Below are positions 12,241 to 24,765 of a stretch of 64,000 nt of DNA, in pieces. Source of the stretch: Hydrolagus affinis (taxonomy: Eukaryota); NCBI GenBank assembly GCA_012026655.1, contig JAAILG010001552.1, positions 1 to 64,000 of the forward strand. Reading direction: 5' to 3'. Every line of letters begins with the position of its first letter. Positions within the stretch are counted from its first letter, which is position 1. The notes beneath the pieces were generated by a model. The model saw only the letters and a program-made list of their open reading frames with translations. It was not told the origin of the DNA and did not search any database. A program made the translations under genes and the position numbers.

Positions 12241-12578
12241 TAATAATAATATAATAATCCTTGCATTTGATATTGCGCATTTCACATCTTATCGACATCC
12301 CAAAGCGCTTCACAGAATATCCTGTAAAGTGAATTGACTGTATATTTGTGGGCGAATCGCAGCAGCCAATTGTGCACAGCTGTGTCCCACAAACAGACGT
12401 GGATTGAAATGACCAATTTTATTACTGTGGTTTGTTTTGGATGGATTATTATTCGGTGTGTGGAGTAAGGAAACTTACTCAAGGTTTCGCCCTGACCTGG
12501 ATTTGAACAAAGATCTCCCCAGCTTGGTCTCCCCAGCTTGCAAGACAAGTGCTCTAACCACTAGACCACAGGAGCTCC
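12241..12578 (-). mobile_element. Full-length tRNA-derived SINE with L2-like tail
   Basis: A/B-box-like head, TGTTTGTGGGACAC.GCTGTGCACAATTGGCTGC body, TGTGAAGCGCTTTGGGA...TATCAAATGCAAGGATTATT tail. Many copies occur in the window. Confidence 0.9.
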
Positions 12579-12932
12579 CGACATGCCAGTGCCCCCCACC
12601 CCTACTCACCCCCTCCCCACCACCCAAAAAAAAACGCTTCACAAATGAAGCAACTCGACTTCCTAATTAATTACATTTTCCTTACAATCAGGGCATTTTC
12701 ATAATGCATGTTTGTGATCGTTGTGATCAACAAGAAGTTGAAGTCCCGTCTTCTTTTCGATTTAACTTGTATTTCTATTCTTCTGGCCTTATCCCCCCGC
12801 CCTTGCTCGAGGTTGATTTATTAGGTTCAGTAAATTAATCGATGAGTCTCTGGTGGTAAGTATGACCGGGTTTCCTCTGTACATTTGTGTTCAGCAGTTT
12901 CTCTGGAAGGAACCTTGGTCCATGTCATGGTG

Positions 12933-12982
12933 TCAGAAACTTGATTCGCCAGGTCCTAGAGATAGTGACGTGTCACTGTGGT
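12933..12982 (-). CDS. Candidate terminal constant exon (coding part) of the solo Pcdh gene
   Basis: Strong acceptor ttttctctatcatttttcttattcag|AC. The phase-1 frame reads (D)HSDTSLSLGPGESSF*. AATAAA lies at 12822-12817. Predicted from splice signals and position only. Confidence 0.45.
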
Positions 12983-14027
12983 CTGAATAAGAAAAATGAT
13001 AGAGAAAATCATTCTCGTTAGTATTGATGCATTAACTTGTCAGTAAAAAAAATTATTCTCCCAAACCAAGTGGTGGTTTTCACGTCTGTTGTACATGATA
13101 TTGTAAAAACAAAATACAATCAAAATTTCAATTTAAAATGATATCGGTAGATTGTGTAACACCATTACTCTGCCATGAGGATGCTCTCGTTATATCTATG
13201 TCATAACAATTGATTCTTGATCTTATCTTCTTTATGCTGCAGTATGAATTTATTTCGATTCATGCTATACTTACAACACCGCCCCCATTTATGGCATCAC
13301 AAGAACCAAACATGGAGCTGCATTATTTGACTCTCACTGATTGTAAAGACCACATGTGCTTCATTCCTCAAATTCAACCAGATAATTTCTTTTCTGTTCC
13401 TTGTTGAATTAATGCATCCCATGGGTTTGTTTTTCTTTTGGGAACTGTTTCCAGGGCATCACCAACACATTTGTTAATGACACTGATAAATGGTTTGGCT
13501 TTAGATCACTTTCTATCTGTTCAGTGATCAATATATTAGTTTCAAAGAGGTCTGAAATTATCTCCAGTTCTCTCCGTCTCTCGCTGCAAAGCTTTCTCTC
13601 TGAACATGTATTGACTTGGTCAGTTCTATATGCATTATTGATGCTTTCTGATCTTTTAGTCACGTTTCTCTTTTCAATACAAGTTACTGCATATTTCATA
13701 CATTCATTAAAAAAAATACCATTGGCGCCATAGCAGACGGTGTTCATCATGTTGATTTACAGGATCTAACCAACTAAACAAACAAAAGTATTCAAAGAGC
13801 ATGAAGACAATTTGAAATATTATATATTTTTTAAAATTAAAATTGCCTTAATTTTGAGTGTGAGCTGCAAAATCAATTTCTTATGATTGTGAATATGTAT
13901 AATTATCGCTAGATTGTTGTGACGCAAATATTGACACGACCAGGTTCTCACATTTTTATTGAATTTTTTTTAATGAAACCAAGGCAGGAATTCCTAAAAG
14001 AAAAAAATGAAGGTACACATTTGAGGG

Positions 14028-14046
14028 CTGCCACAAGGGGGCGCTA
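14028..14046 (+). promoter_or_regulatory. Putative CTCF binding site, reverse to Pcdh transcription
   Basis: CTGCCACAAGGGGGCGCTA, a near-consensus core, sits in very AT-rich unique DNA. Confidence 0.78.
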
Positions 14047-14948
14047 TTTTGATCTCAATCTTCTGGGTTTCTCCATGTGGTCCTGAAATGATTCAATGCA
14101 CAATCTCCGACCTCCAGTTTACAAAAGGGTTGTGTTAGCCTCCTTTTTTCTCAGGAGGCCTATTCCACAGCAGTGTAAAGCAGAGGGAAATGTATCTCTT
14201 TGACCGAGCTTTGATCTTCTTTCCCCTCCAACCACCCTCTCTCTCACTTTGTGTACACAGACACACATTGACAAGCGCTTCAAGACGTCCTCTGAAAGCC
14301 AACTTTGAGTGTTTTTTTGTTGTTGTTCAAAAAAACACAAAACGCATACCTAAATGTGACATTGTACCGATATTTTATTCAAAACAAATTGCAATTGCTG
14401 TTGCATATTCTATCACACGGTCCCAACATGATTTCCCTAAAGCAACCAACATGCATCATTCATGTTGCTGACAGGAAGGTGGCATGGTTGGATTTTCAAA
14501 CAGTTTATTTGCTCAGACAAAAAGGAGACTGCTATTTTTCACCATGGCACTCTCGATTGTGACCGATGTTTCTGCCGCAAACATCAATCAGAATTCACCT
14601 GCAATAATTTCAAACCACATAAACTCTCAGATTTCTGACACTTCAATGGAGATTAATTGTTCCCCTCTCCACACAGGTAGCAATGAATGTGGTAACACAT
14701 TTAACAACTTGAACACTTATGAGTTAATCCTAGTGACAAGTACTTGTTTCGGCTCCTTTTAACAATCTTGACTATTACTGTATAATGTTTAATTTACTTT
14801 AAAGCTATATGTAATATCAGCCAATTAAAATATAGAAAATGTCTGTGGTTTTTAATTATTGTTTTGCATAAATTCAATTAACTTTTTAAAGTGGGTTTTA
14901 GTGCCATATTAGTGTGTGTTGTTTGGTTGTGTATTCAGACATGAATTA

Positions 14949-15242
14949 GTAATAATAATCCTTCATTTGATATAGCGCTTCTCACGGCTTCTACACATCT
15001 CAAAGCGCTTCACTGTGTAAACTGGATTGACTGTATAAATGTTCACAAAGCACTGCAGCTGATTGCGCACAGCAGTGTCCCACAAACAATCATGGATTGA
15101 ATTGACCAATTTATTATTTTTTTGAGAGATTAGTATTAAGCAGGTGGTTAAGGAAATTTGCCCAAGGTTTCACCTGCCTGGAATTAAACCCAGGTCTTTC
15201 GATTGTAAGCCGAGTGCTCTAACCACTGAGATGGAGGACTCC
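14949..15242 (-). mobile_element. tRNA-derived SINE, diverged copy
   Basis: Same head, body and tail as 12241-12578. Confidence 0.85.
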
Positions 15243-17404
15243 ACCGTCCGTCTTACTTCTTCACAAAGGTTTGCCCATTTTTTTATTTCCACAATTCTAC
15301 TACCTAGTGTGAGGGACTCTCACAGTTGGTGCAAGGCGGAGAAGAAGAATATGTATAACAAGTCCTTTTGGGGAAATCGGGTTTCTTCTTTGTACATCTA
15401 ACCAAGAACCGCCCGCCTCTTCTGTGAAGTGTCTTCATGTGATGAACTTTATAAAATGAGCAAAATGCTGTTAAGTATCTCTCAGTATTTTCCCAACATT
15501 CACAGATAAATATCCTAACGCATAAGTCAAGGATAACATGCATGTAGTGCAATATGGATTCAGCTACTCAAATACTATGCAAAGTCTTTTTTTTAAGTAT
15601 CACAGGGCAATATTGCTGCAGACTGCCATTTTTCTGTTGAAACTGTTGTGCTCAATGATAAAATTCTTGCATTCAATCATCTCACTAAACTAGTACAACA
15701 ACAACTGACTGCAATGGAGTAATCTGAACCACCCTCTCCTCCCATCCTCTGAGGGTGGCAGGTTGGGCATCAAACAGTGGCGGTGTGGCTGATGTCCTAC
15801 TTGTGGTGAGCATCTCCCAATGGTATTCCTCCTAACGTGTCTCAGAGTGTGATGTGTGAAATCTGTAAACAGAGAAATGTCCATGGTGTTGCTGCAATTT
15901 AATTTTTACAATAAGTCAATCAAACAGTCAAGCATTCAAACAATCAGGCAATCAATCAATCAAGCTATGTTCAACATGGGATTTGCACCTGTTTTATGTG
16001 TTTTGAAGTTACAAGTTATGCAGTGAATCTATTGCATTGTTTCCAATGCAAAGTATTTCCTACCTACCATAAACATTTTTTCGACTCATTGAAGTATTTT
16101 TAAAATAAAGAATTCTATAGTTTGGCTCTACTTTCCTTTCTTAGCAGTGTTTTTTTTGCTCACTCTCATTTCTTGGAAAGAAAAAATATAAATTACTCAT
16201 CAACTCAAACTTGCCATTGAATTCGAGGTACGGTTTTTCAAAAACGTTTATGAATATTTGTCTCATGTGGACATCCTTTACCAGCACAAGCTGCATTCAT
16301 TTACATATGAATATAATATTCTGTTTGATCTGAGCCGTTTTGTAAATATAAATCTACATCATCGTTTGACATAATTATAAATGTTCTGTGAAGCAATACG
16401 TTTCAGAACAATGCAGCAATATAAGAGCAGTAATGATGATTACGTTCGCTCCAGTTATTAAACCAGGAATAACTGGTTTAGCACTGAAACAGTTTGTAAA
16501 GGACAAAAAAAATGTACAATGCAATAAATTCCCACTTTCAACATTTTCAATTAATTCAAAACATTACAAGAGATGAAACATTACAGCAATGAAAATGATC
16601 AGTTCTATCACCCCCATATTTAATTGAAATAGTGCACCTTATCCACCTCAATTTTAAGTGTCTGCTCATGGCTGCAGATTTTGATAGTTGAGGAAAGCAA
16701 TGGGAGAGCTGTACTCAATAATGCTTTGTTCTCGCAGAAAGAAAAATTAAAGTGGGGGAGAAAGAATTTAACTGATTAAAGATCGTACCTTAAAAAGGAA
16801 CGAGTGACACAATACAGCGCTGCCCTATCTAAGTATTAAATACCTAGGCCTAGAAACCATCTATTTGATGCCTAGAATCCAATCAAGCCAGTTGTAAGAC
16901 ACTCAAAGGGAATTTAGACAAAATTGGCCTGCCTTCAGGCTTGAAGGTCACAGCAGGAAAACATGGTATTATTTTGCAGTGTTGGAAAAAAAAACCGCAC
17001 ATTTTGTTTTTAAATCATTATATATTTGCATCTGCGTGTAAACACTAAGTGAATTATTATCGTGAGTTTTTTTTTAAAGGGAAGCAGCATGTATTTCCAA
17101 GAGTTAAAGCATATGATTGATGAACTAATGACTGTGCAGTTGAGGTAACAGGGGGACAAATATGAGAATCAAATAATCAGGCCCTTATAAACCCAGCAAT
17201 TATTGTTGAAGAGCAATAGAATTACAGATAAGCTCTATCATCCTCTGCCATCCACTTTCAACAGTTCTGTACTGCCCACTGTTGGTGAAGGTAAAGTCAA
17301 CTCATCAGGCAGTTTGAAGCTGAAATATTCGGTGCCAAGCACATTGACAAGTAGGAAATTACCCTTTTGGTGCCTGATCAGATATTGAACTAGGGAGAAA
17401 AATA

Positions 17405-17700
17405 CTGATGCATTGTGAGAGATTCCTTTGAACAAGGCACTAAACCAAAACCTATCTTTCTGTTCTTACTTCTCCCACAGAATACACAATCAATTCACTT
17501 CACAGTATATTCTGTGAAGCACTTTAAGACGTCTTAACAACATGATAAGGCGCTATATCAAATGTTGTAATCATCCAGGTGGGCATTAAAGATCCCATAG
17601 AATTATTTTGAAAAGGTGCATAGTATTGTCCATCTGACCTGGCCATAATTTATCCATCATCCAAATTTACAAAAAAAAGGATGAATTAATCACTTAGTTC
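17405..17700 (+). mobile_element. Old Deu-domain SINE-like fragment interrupted by younger insertions
   Basis: CAGGTGGGCATTAAAGATCCCATAG..TTATTTTGAA..CCTGGCCATAATTTATCC resembles the Deu-domain consensus as I recall it. It appears to resume near 18082 (ATCATCGCTGTACGTGGGA). Confidence 0.55.
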
Positions 17701-17719
17701 AATCATTTTATTTAATCAT

Positions 17720-18080
17720 GGAGCTCCTGTGGCTTAATAGTTACAGCACTTGTCTTGCAAGCTGGGGAGACCAAGCTGGGGAGACCTGGGGAGACCAAGC
17801 TGGGGAGACCTGTGTTCGAATCCAGGTATGTCAGGGCGAAGCCTTGGGCGAGTTTCCTTACTCCACATGCCTAATAATAATCCGTCCCAAAAAAACCACA
17901 ATAATAAAAACATTGAAAATTGGTCTTTTCAATCCACGACTGTTTGTGGGACACTGCTGTGTGCAATTGGCTGCCGTGAATATACAGTAATTCACTTTAG
18001 TATATTCTGTGAAGCGCTTTGGGACGTCAATAAGATGTGAAAAGTGCTATATCAAATGCAAGGGTTATTATTATTATTTA
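17720..18080 (+). mobile_element. Full-length tRNA-derived SINE with internal tandem expansion
   Basis: GGAGCTCCTGTGGCTTAATAGTTA...GTTCGAATCC head, repeated (G)CTGGGGAGACC units and an (ATT)n tail. ATCAT on both flanks is a possible TSD. Confidence 0.92.
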
Positions 18081-18934
18081 TATCATCGCTGTACGTGGGA
18101 CGTAACTGGCTCAGACAAGTTTCCTTCATATTATGCAAACAAATAAGAATTTAAACACATCAAAGTAATTAATTTGAAACTTTTGTGGCATTTCATGATA
18201 AGGCACTTCATTAAATGCAAATGTTATTTTATTATGATTATGCAAATTAATGTTTGTGCGAATTCGCAATGCTCTTTGCAGTACCAATGGTAACCAATGA
18301 GTGGCAGCATTGCCCTCTCAATCTGTATTAATGCAACAGAATATCTGGGCTGTTTCTCATTGATGGGTGATTCAAACATCCAATTTCTTGGTGTTACCTG
18401 AATTTGACCGCAGTCCCACCTGCCCATTGTCCATAACACTCTCCAATTCAGCAGAGAACCAGACACCAACTTTAATACTCTTTTTAGTTATCACTTGCTC
18501 ATCACATAATCCACACAAGTGAACAGATGTGGTGGGCAAAATCTAAAATACATGATACAGATTAATTGCATTCAAAGTCTAATTTGGGTTGGCTCCAAAT
18601 TTGGAACATCTGTGTAAACATGGCAACTCATTTGAATGCTGCAACTAGGGATGCGCAGTGCCGTTTGGAGCATTATCCCGTTGAGATGGATTCTTGGTTT
18701 ATTATTAATAAAAGCGTGCTTGTTTACTTGTATATTCATTACACTTCAAAGCAATCTGAGAAATTGCATGCCAGGTGGCCGAGTTTCCACACTTCAAACC
18801 ACTGGTTTATTTCTCTACCACATTAAAGGATAAGACCTTTCGAACATTTAACCCTTTTTCTCACCAGCATAACATCTGTGCAGATGATTCTTCTTCATTA
18901 TGGGTGCTGATAAATACTTCATACAATATATAGA

Positions 18935-19023
18935 TTGGGGCACGACATAAGCGACTGCCAGGAGGGTGGAAGGCAAACTGGATGGACCTTGGTCTCCTTT
19001 CGTCTAGCAATTCTTATGTTCCT
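18935..19023 (+). mobile_element. CR1-like LINE 3' end fragment
   Basis: GGCAAACTGGATGGACCTTGGTCT...CTAGCAATTCTTATGTTCCTA. A related copy lies on the opposite strand at about 63700-63770. Confidence 0.55.
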
Positions 19024-22000
19024 ACAAAGAGGAAGTGACTTTGCTTGCCAGTAACATTAGGGCATTTAGAATGGAGAATACAATTAAGCACACAGTACCG
19101 TCAAAGTGCACTAAGACTGTTCTATGGGGGAGAACTTGTCAACTTATGGAAGTGTCTTCATCTTCCCCCAATTGAATTGGATGAAATGTCCTGCTGTGTA
19201 TGTGTTAGGACTAGATGGAACAGTGGGCAATGACCAACTAAGCCTGAATAATTTAAGAGTTGGAGAAGCATTCGAAACAGTACACGATTTCTTAATTTGT
19301 GATGATTTCATAAAAACAAACTCACATCGCCTTTAATTCAGGTGCAGAAATAGTCTTGGAACTCCTAGAAATTAGAACGTTACACACGGGAGATTCACTT
19401 TTGCACAATGGGCAACCAATTTCGATTTGGCAATCCGTCACACTAATTCCACAGTCTCTTTCAAAGAGACAATAAAGATCGAACTAGTTGCAAATGATTA
19501 TGTCACGCCGGTTCAATAGGTGACGGATGCAGTTGAAGTGGAAACGTTTTTTTTTCTCCCAGGGAAAATAATGAAACTCTGCATTTTGTATCACCCAAGT
19601 TGTAACCCAACCTGAAATTGCTTATTTTGTTTCAGCACGGTGATCAAACTGCGAAACTGTTCCATTTCCCAGTACAGTCATCAATCATCTGAATAAGTGC
19701 AGGATTTCAGGCAGAAACCCAAAAAATTCAACTTCACAGTTCTGTGATGACTGAGCATATTGTGCATCTACTCTATAAGCTTATCTAGTATCTAAGTCAT
19801 AGTCTCAAAAGACTGAAACATATACTTAACCTGTTGTATACCATGGATGAATTATAATTCAGTTGCATTTGGGTTGGCTAAAGGAGGACTATAGTATAAC
19901 GTACATGAATAAACCATGTATAAACACAGCTTTACTGCGTGTAATCACATGTGTTTAGAGGGACTTAAAATTGGTCATAATTAACACATAATGAAAATCA
20001 TTTGTTGTTAATTATATAATTACAGTCGGGGAGGAGACAATTTGGCCTATCAAATCTATACTTGTGCTAACACCTCCACTAAATTTGACTGCTCTTTCCT
20101 TGTATATTTTACATTCTTCTCATTTTAAATGTTTACCTAACTCCCTGATAAATGTTGTGCAAGCTCAGCAGGAAATACAAGACTCTGGCCAAAAGGCTAA
20201 GCCCATCCCTGACTAATTTTGAAATTATGAAAGGAATATTAACCAGAAAATATTGTGACAATTCTGACCTGACCCATAGTTCAGAGTCTACAGGATTCTA
20301 GTTCAACATCCTTTTGATAGAATAAATAATAATAATTGAATTTTGATATAAATGCCTTTAAGATGTCTCAAATCGCTTCACACAATATAATATAAAGTCA
20401 ATTGACTGTATATTTTATGGGAAAAACTAAGCCCCAATTTATGCATGGTAAGGTCCCACAAACATTTGTGGATTGAGTGACTGTTTTTTGTACGGATTTT
20501 TACCCCCAGGAAGCGATCCGCCAATCTAACCAATACACTACAGGATTCCTAAATTACTCCATCAATAAATTACACAACGCATTCAATTTGCAGGGCAATA
20601 CATTTGCTTTCCAAAATAATAGGCTGGAAACAATATCCACAATTAATTAGTTGCTTTGTGACATTGATTCAAACTAAACATCTGAAATGCACATTAAATC
20701 ACAAGGACTAATTGTATTCATTCACAACCACTGAGACTTAACAGGTGGAAGTTAAACATAGTGAAAAGCAACAAAGAGAATGAGCACTAAGAATAATAAT
20801 AATAATAATCCTTGCATTGGATATCGCCCTTTAAAATGTTTTAGAAACGTCTCAAAGTGCTTCACAGAATAACTGTAAAGTGAATTGAGTATATTTTGTG
20901 GGAGATGCAGGGAGAGCAACTCTACTATGTTTAAGGGGGAAATCTGCTACCATAAAGATTTAAATATATACCCTCATTGATATACAGTTTCAATGGGTTT
21001 GTCTCTTAAAATCAATGCAACTTTTCATCAGTCCAACAGTTTAAGAACAATGCATCAAATCAATGGAAGTCAGAATACCATTTGGTGACTTTTTTAGTTC
21101 CATGTGATGCAGCAAAAAGATATGAACTCGAAATATATCTTTGTGAATTCAGAAACAATCTACTTTTCAACAGCTTAGGGAAGGCAATAAGACACTCGTG
21201 AAAGAGGTTATGTGGCAAGTATTGTTAGTTCAGCTGAGTAAGCATTTCAAATGGACCCAGGCCAATAATATTACAAAAGTAAGCTTTTCTTTGGTAACTT
21301 TTGTATCATTACTTCCAAGTGTAGTGACTGTGCTGTGTCAGCAAACATAGCAATCACATGGACCAACAAGGTTCCACAAACAGCCAAATTTTGCCGACAA
21401 AATCAATCAATCCATTTCACGGTATATTCTGTGAAGCACTTTGAAATGTCTCAACAAAGTAAAAAGGCACTATATCAAATGCAAGGATTATTATTATTAA
21501 GTGGATAATCAATTTATCAACCCAGGACACTGGTAACAACTCTGAAGATAAAAATACATTTTGCACCAATAATTTATAGTTGTAATAGTTGGCCTTTTAT
21601 ATCAATATTTAGTGCTTCTGAGCATTTGCAAATTTTATTTTTAATTGTGGTGTGGGGTGATATTTCAGTCATAAGTTAACTTCAAAGAAGATGAAGATTT
21701 GTGACATTTGTGACTCACAACTCCACAAACTCAAAGTTTTTTTTACTGATTAATCCAGGCACAAATCAATGGCTGAGTCCTCTGATCAATTGCATTCCAC
21801 AGCTCGGCCAGCCATGTTACCCGGCAGCACATAAAACTTTAGTGTTTGATCATCTTTATCCCCCTCCTTACTATCATGAATTCTGTTCTCTGGCAGATAA
21901 TTATCCAACTGTTTTTAAAAGGAGTTGATTGTCTTGGCATTTTATTTTTGTTAAGAGTTTATTTCACATATTTACTATTCTGTAGAAGTGTGCGTGTGTG

Positions 22001-22364
22001 TGTGTGTGGTGGGGGGGTAATCATTTAATCTTTATTTTCACTTGAGGCTTGCTAATATTTTGCTCAGATTGTCTTGTTCTCCAATATCAGTCTAGTTAAA
22101 TAACCTGCTTTCATCCACACCAGTGATTCTCCTCATTATTTTAATGACTTGGCTCTTATCCACTCTCAAGATTTCTCTCCAGAGATAAAAGTTCGGTTTC
22201 GTGCAGTTTTCCTTCATAACTTAAGAAGTCTTCATCCGATAATTATCCCCATCACCTCTTCAATTAGGCTTTTATCAATTCTATTTAAGGAAGGGTGCCC
22301 TGGACTGCACACTTTTGCACCTGTTCCTGATGTGAACATTGAGGACTGACTCAAAATCCTTGAG

Positions 22365-22597
22365 CAAGCTTCCTTATTCCACATGCCTAATACTGTAATA
22401 ATCCCTCCAAAAAAAAGTAGTAAAATTGGTCATTTCAATCCACGACTGTTTGTGGGACACTGCTGTGTGCAATTGGCTGCAGCATTTAGTGCACAAATAG
22501 ACAGTCAATTCACTTTATAGTGTATTCTGTGAAGCGCTTTGAGACAACTAGAAGAAGTGAAAAACGCTACATCAAATGCAAGGTTATTATTTTTATT
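22365..22597 (+). mobile_element. 5'-truncated copy of the tRNA-derived SINE
   Basis: Body and tail match 17720-18080. Confidence 0.85.
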
Positions 22598-24169
22598 TCC
22601 CATTGTGGTGCTGAATATATATAGGATCAGACCAAAATCTACAGTTTTGCTTGCTTATACCTAATCATGGGTTGCTTTCCAGATCAGCTGCCCTTTTCCT
22701 ACCTGTACTTTGATGTCCCAAATTCCCTCTCTTTCTTCTGAGATGCACTTAGCACGCCCTCGCATACTGCTTCACTGCCAACTTGCATCTTACATCATCC
22801 TCCCACTGTCCATTCCCTTCCTTGTGGGTTACTGTTCTGGAGTCTGATTTAGTGGGGTCTAATGTGCTTGCTGTGTGCACAGCATGTGTAAACCCAACAG
22901 TGTCAGACTCAATAGTACTGACTTTTGAGTTTGTTCTGATGAACGTTGTCTCTTAGAAAACTTGTCTTGCTCTCCCGGTCTTGTTGTCTTGGCTTTCCCC
23001 AATCTCTTCTTTTCTAAAAATGGGTGAAATTTTATTCCATTTTCTCAACTTCCTGGAATGTATCAGGGAATTTTTTATAGCAGGGATTGGGTTCTCAATG
23101 GAACAGAGCTCCACTCATCACAGATATAATTATACTGCTTACAAGTCAGTAATGGAAGGTTGAAGTTCCGTAATTTGATTCTCTGCTAAAAAGTTAATTC
23201 ATGGATCAGGAAGGTTCAGTGAGCAGAGTAGGAATATTAATTTGCCATTGCATGCCTCAATTTGAATGCTAAATATTGGCAGCAAACTTTGCGTGTCTAT
23301 GCATCCATTTGAATGCTTAATCACGGGGACATTTGGCAAAAAACCTCTGCATTAAATGCAGCGTTTATAACAACACCATAATCCATTAATACACCATAAA
23401 TAGCTCTTACTGAAAATATGCACAAATGTTTGAAGCTCAATGAATAGCAGCCATCGTCTGTGTGTGAAAGATTAGACTGTTACTGTGCAGGCACTACAGT
23501 GCACACAAAATCAGATATTTCTACTCTGCCTGGTCAATATTGAAATTCATAATTCATTCAATCAGAGATTTATTTTGACTTCATTCAAAATTCAGAATCG
23601 TAGAAATGAATGACAAGAAATTTAATAAACAAAATTCAATCCTTCAAACTGCCAGACTCAGTTGTACCAATACCCAGCCATTTCCAGACTAGTCTATTCT
23701 TTTTTCCACCAACTCTAGATTTACTATTCAGACCAGGGACACATACAGAGAAATGCTATTGGGGCAAACAGGGATCTACAGGCCTGGAATGAGGAAAGCA
23801 TTGCAGAATCAGAGTGCACCTTCTGAAGTCATTGAACAAAATCAATTGAGGTATCTGCACTGATGAGCAAAGTATTTCTGTTAAAAAAATATTATGCATC
23901 TAAATGTTCTCTGCCATTAACATAGGAATTCCATGCCGAAACAATGACAACCCATTCGGCCTATCAAGACTGTTCTAACCATTACAGTAGTTCGTAGAAG
24001 CTCTTAAACTTTCTGCTCTCATTTCCCTCTTTTATTTAGACCTTTGAATACTTTTGTTTTTTCTGATCAAAGTTGCAACCACTGATGTCTGGGGATCATA
24101 GAACACGATTGAGAAAACATGCAAACACACAGACATTCTCATGATCCTGCTTCCAAATCATGCAACAGA

Positions 24170-24313
24170 CTCAACTCCACACATATCCACCCACTCACTC
24201 ACACACATATCCACACACATATCCTCCCACTCACTCACACACAGACTCATCCCCACACATATCAACCCACTCACTCAATCACTCACACACACACACACAC
24301 AAACACACACACA
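24170..24313. repeat. CA-rich low-complexity repeat / microsatellite
   Basis: Imperfect CACACATATCC/CACTCACT units ending in (CA)n. This explains the HT-rich ORFs here. Confidence 0.9.
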
Positions 24314-24679
24314 TAATCGAACCCTTCAGTGCTGGACAATTTGCCTTTGCATTCAGAATTAGGCTCAGAACCCTGCTATGAGCAATCTATTCACAAAAAG
24401 GTTAATGCTTTCAACTGGTAGAAGAAGAATATAGATAGATGTAATGCAGCAATTGAACTTATATATCAGGGAACTTACTTCTCATACAGCAATTCATTAT
24501 AAGAGAAATGCAAATTCAGTCATAAGTGGGGAGTGAGGTACCCCCATTTAAATATACTGCTGAATATTTCTATTCATATCATTTTAAGATACCTTGCAAA
24601 CAGGAGGTCTTAATTTCATTCTCAAGCAAACACTTTGTACATAAAATTGCTCCAAAAGTGCAATCATCATGACAATTGG

Positions 24680-24765
24680 TTCTGATGAAGGGTCACACCT
24701 GAAAACGCTGCCCTGTGTTTCTCTTTCTTTTGTCGATTGACCCGCTGAGCCTTTCCAGCATTTTG
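24680..24765 (+). mobile_element. Penelope-like terminal-repeat fragment with a minimal hammerhead-like core
   Basis: CTGATGA-AGG-gtcaca-CCT-GAAA, followed by GACCCGCTGAG..TTCCAGCATTTT. Related sequence occurs at 61510-61735. Confidence 0.55.

Noticed and set aside
13409-13750. 113-aa ORF, and the many other 60-150 aa ORFs in introns and upstream DNA
   Set aside because: No recognisable motifs. Many have non-ATG starts or are translations of SINEs and microsatellites.
17760-17812. CRISPR-like short direct repeats
   Set aside because: There are no unique spacers; this is a slippage expansion inside a eukaryotic SINE.
17720-17830. tRNA genes at the SINE heads (also 12500, 27223, 34780, 46850, 61230, 62312)
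   Set aside because: A and B boxes are present, but there is no complete cloverleaf and each continues into the SINE body.
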